DNA of 64,000 nucleotides from Raillietiella orientalis (Eukaryota): NCBI GenBank assembly GCA_036172245.1, contig JAYWIR010000029.1, positions 2,170,001 to 2,234,000 of the forward strand, read 5' to 3'. Shown piece by piece: positions 61,200 to 64,000 of this stretch (position 1 is its first letter; each line of letters starts with the position of its first letter). The notes under the pieces were generated by a model. It saw only the letters and a program-made list of their open reading frames with translations, ran no database searches and was not told where the DNA came from. The position numbers and the translations under genes were made by a program.

Positions 61200-63950
61200 A
61201 CGGAGAAAGCGATCCGTCATTTTACTTCCTGGAGGTGCTGAGTAGATCAAGATCTGGATGAGCGGCATGCATGGATAGTGCGCCTAGTAGGTGACCCCTA
61301 GGGTGAAATAGCAGGAAGACTGGTCGAATACAATGCACCTTGATGAAAAATCCACGTGACATAATGTACCCGGTGTGGAGAAAGCACCGAAGGTGGTGTA
61401 CGTAAGCACAGCTGCCGAACTCTCGTCCGCGACTGGAAGGTGCCAAGGTGGACGATCGGCTTTGAAAGAGACGCCAGCTTTCAAGTTCTCGGAAGACGCC
61501 TGGATGATGGGACAGCAAGCTCTGAAAAAAGCCTTCAGAGAGATGTAGAGTTCCTCAGTGTATTCCAAAGGTGCTTCTCGATATACCATACGTTTTGAAT
61601 GCAGATACTGTATTCGAGTTCCAATGAATTTCCAGAGATCTAGATGCTGCCTTCCCTGGAAAGTTCTTCTGCATTCGGGGAAGAGCCATTCGATGGTCCA
61701 ATGAGGCAAGCGAATGGTAAATACCAGTAAGCTTTTCTGCTGGCTGAACAGGGGCTGAGCTGACATCTCTAACATTCAGTATGATGCATAAAAGAGTGAT
61801 CTGAGTTTGCAGGAGCAGCAGCAATTTATCTCCCACCAAGAATTTCTTGAAGATTGCTACTGTGCTTTCTAGTGTACAGCACGCATCGAGTAGCATGGCG
61901 TGTTTCCCCCGGACGAGGTCGTGACTGAGACCTCCCACCGTGAGTCCCTTGATTGCTGGCCAGAGTTCTCATCTGTTCTGTGCCGCCTTCCTGATCAAGG
62001 ACTCGTGGTGAATAGTCGAAGATGTCCTTTGAGATGACTGAAGTTGCTGAGAGAAGGGAAGATAGACGGACTCCTTTCCCGCACTCTGAACCGCATCGTC
62101 TCCATTTTTTTTTTTTTTCTGAAAAGAAATGCACCTTGATGAAAAATCTCCCCACGCACTGTGAAGTGAAGTGGGTAACTGGACCCGGAGGAGTGGCCTG
62201 GATGTATCCTAGGTGATACCTGGGAGGAGGAGTTGCTAGGATGCAGTGTTGCTTTTCCTCATCGATGAATCTTCCGCCATCTGAGGAAGATCCTGTCGTT
62301 CAGAAACTGGAATAGACCGTGCCCTACCAAGAGAGTGAAAGAACGCTCCTCAAGCATCGTCTTTTTCCAAGTTTGTTGCCAGGAAGGATAGCCTTCGAAA
62401 CGGCTCGTTAGAAAACCAGGAACATATCCTGCTCCCGAGCAGACAGATTTAGCCAGCTGCTAAATGCGGAAGATTATCTAATCGTATCCAGCCATCGCAA
62501 ACCTTGCCGTAGCACGGTATCGCGCAGCCAAAAAATGATCAGCTATTATAAGCCCGCTTTTCCTCTCCATCAGGGAGACTCATGCATCGAACGATCACGC
62601 CGGAATATTTTTGACACTCATCTTATCGACTTCATGATTTTAACAAGTTTTCAAGTTTTCCATCTTGAATGCCTCGGATGCATTCTTCTGCCTCTCCATT
62701 CCCTCAGATTTCGACTGCTGCACTCAGATATTGCAGAGATAAGAAGGACTCTGAGAAGCCATTGAGCTCTTCCAGCCCAAACTGGCGCGTGCAGGGAGTC
62801 GAGCTTAATTTGTTTAGCTGCTGATGCTCATCCCTCTGAAAGCGAGGTCGTGAGAATTCCTCACTCATCGCATGGGTGCTGTTGAGTGTAAAGAAGGTGT
62901 CCTCCATCCCAGAGTGCGACTGCAGCACAAGTCACGCCAGCAGCTCCCACAGTGATGGTTCCAATCTCACCGCGTGTTCTCTCGTCGTTCTCGAATCTTC
63001 GACAACACGTGCAGACTGACTAGCTGTGTTCTTTCCCGATAAAAGAGATCGATGCCACCAAGACACGCCCTCGCGAAACATCAGGGCATCAACGTCCAGT
63101 GTTCGTGTAGTTGATGGATGAAAAGTAATCTGAAGGAAATTCCGTGTACAATCTGGTTCGGTTGCTTTGTACCACAAGAATTCTGTATCCTTATATGCCA
63201 TTTTGTTGCTATCACATTCGTCGTATTCGAGATTCGTTTGATTTCTAAACTTTATTTCCAGCATCGAGGCATCATCTCCATCCATCGTTGAGACGAGTGA
63301 ATCTGTTATCTCAGCACAAAGAGCATTCCCTGATTCACATAGTGAGAAAACACCCTTTTATAAATGGCGAGAATGTACAGAATTTTATAAATAAAATCAG
63401 CTTTTCTTTCTTTCTTTCCTCCATGTTCATGAAGCTCTTGAAACTGTTATCATCTTCCAGATTTCGGGATACGTTAAAGGTTTTGAGCCAGCAGCTTCTT
63501 AAGTCCGTGAGAAATCCCCTCTCACCTTGCGGATAACGGATTTTCTCGAACTATTCATCGATGGACTCCTTTCCCGCACTCTAAACCGCATCGTCTCCAT
63601 TTTTTTTTTTTTTTTTTTTGAAAAAAAAAAAAGAAAAAAAAAGGTAGGAATATCCCCAGCAGCCCTCATTGAATTCCATAATTTCTTAATTCGATTTACG
63701 TTTCTTCTGGGAATCCATCCCTCTTTTACAGTGGAGAGAACTTGATGTTCCGAACCAGTCGTTTCCCTTTTGAGCCGCACTTCCAAGAGATTGTCTCTAC
63801 CCCTTCGAGAACAGACCATGCAACCAGAGTAATGCGTTCTTCGAACGAGCTGCTTCTTCTTGGAAACGGATTTCGATAGCCACTCTGAGCAAAAAGTTCG
63901 AGAATCATCCGTCATCCAATTTCCGATGATAGCAATTGATTTTTTTTTTT
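61200..63950 (-). pseudogene. Old decayed LINE fragments
   Basis: IAIIGNW (GDFN-like, ~63930), a QG-like remnant (~62215), and an internal repeat AATGCACCTTGATGAAAAATC at ~61332 and ~62128. Confidence 0.35.
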
Positions 63951-64000
63951 TTCCGCCTGCTTCATTATGGTGCATTCTGCAATTCTTTGTAAAGTCGGAT

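Noticed and set aside
1..64000. CRISPR array, rRNA, tRNA or prokaryotic operon
   Set aside because: No regularly spaced repeats, no rRNA signature, no cloverleaf seen and very low coding density; the sequence signals are eukaryotic.

Overview
This is eukaryotic genomic DNA: it has GTGAGT splice donors, pyrimidine-CAG acceptors, AATAAA signals and microsatellites. Most of the window is decayed non-LTR retrotransposon (L1/Tx1-like LINE) sequence, including one near full-length but frameshifted copy (29842-34640, minus strand) and many 3' fragments. The best-supported host genes are two convergent paralogous short ORFs, 17759-18112 (+) and 40794-41129 (-). Each looks like a secreted precursor: a signal-like N-terminus, a shared LGDL[VI]AxYLxxLM[RK]xNNxS segment, and one C-terminal tachykinin-related FxGxR-G motif (GPGFVGVRG*, NPGFFGMRGK*). 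Both also have a splice acceptor followed by one base and then ATG. Other structure includes a near-identical 955-bp GC-rich inverted repeat ending just past a splice donor, a 647-bp direct duplication, and two conserved hairpins in the LINE 3' UTRs, one with compensatory base changes. No rRNA, tRNA or CRISPR array is supported. The organism cannot be identified from the sequence. All alignments were done by eye, so transposon boundaries are approximate.
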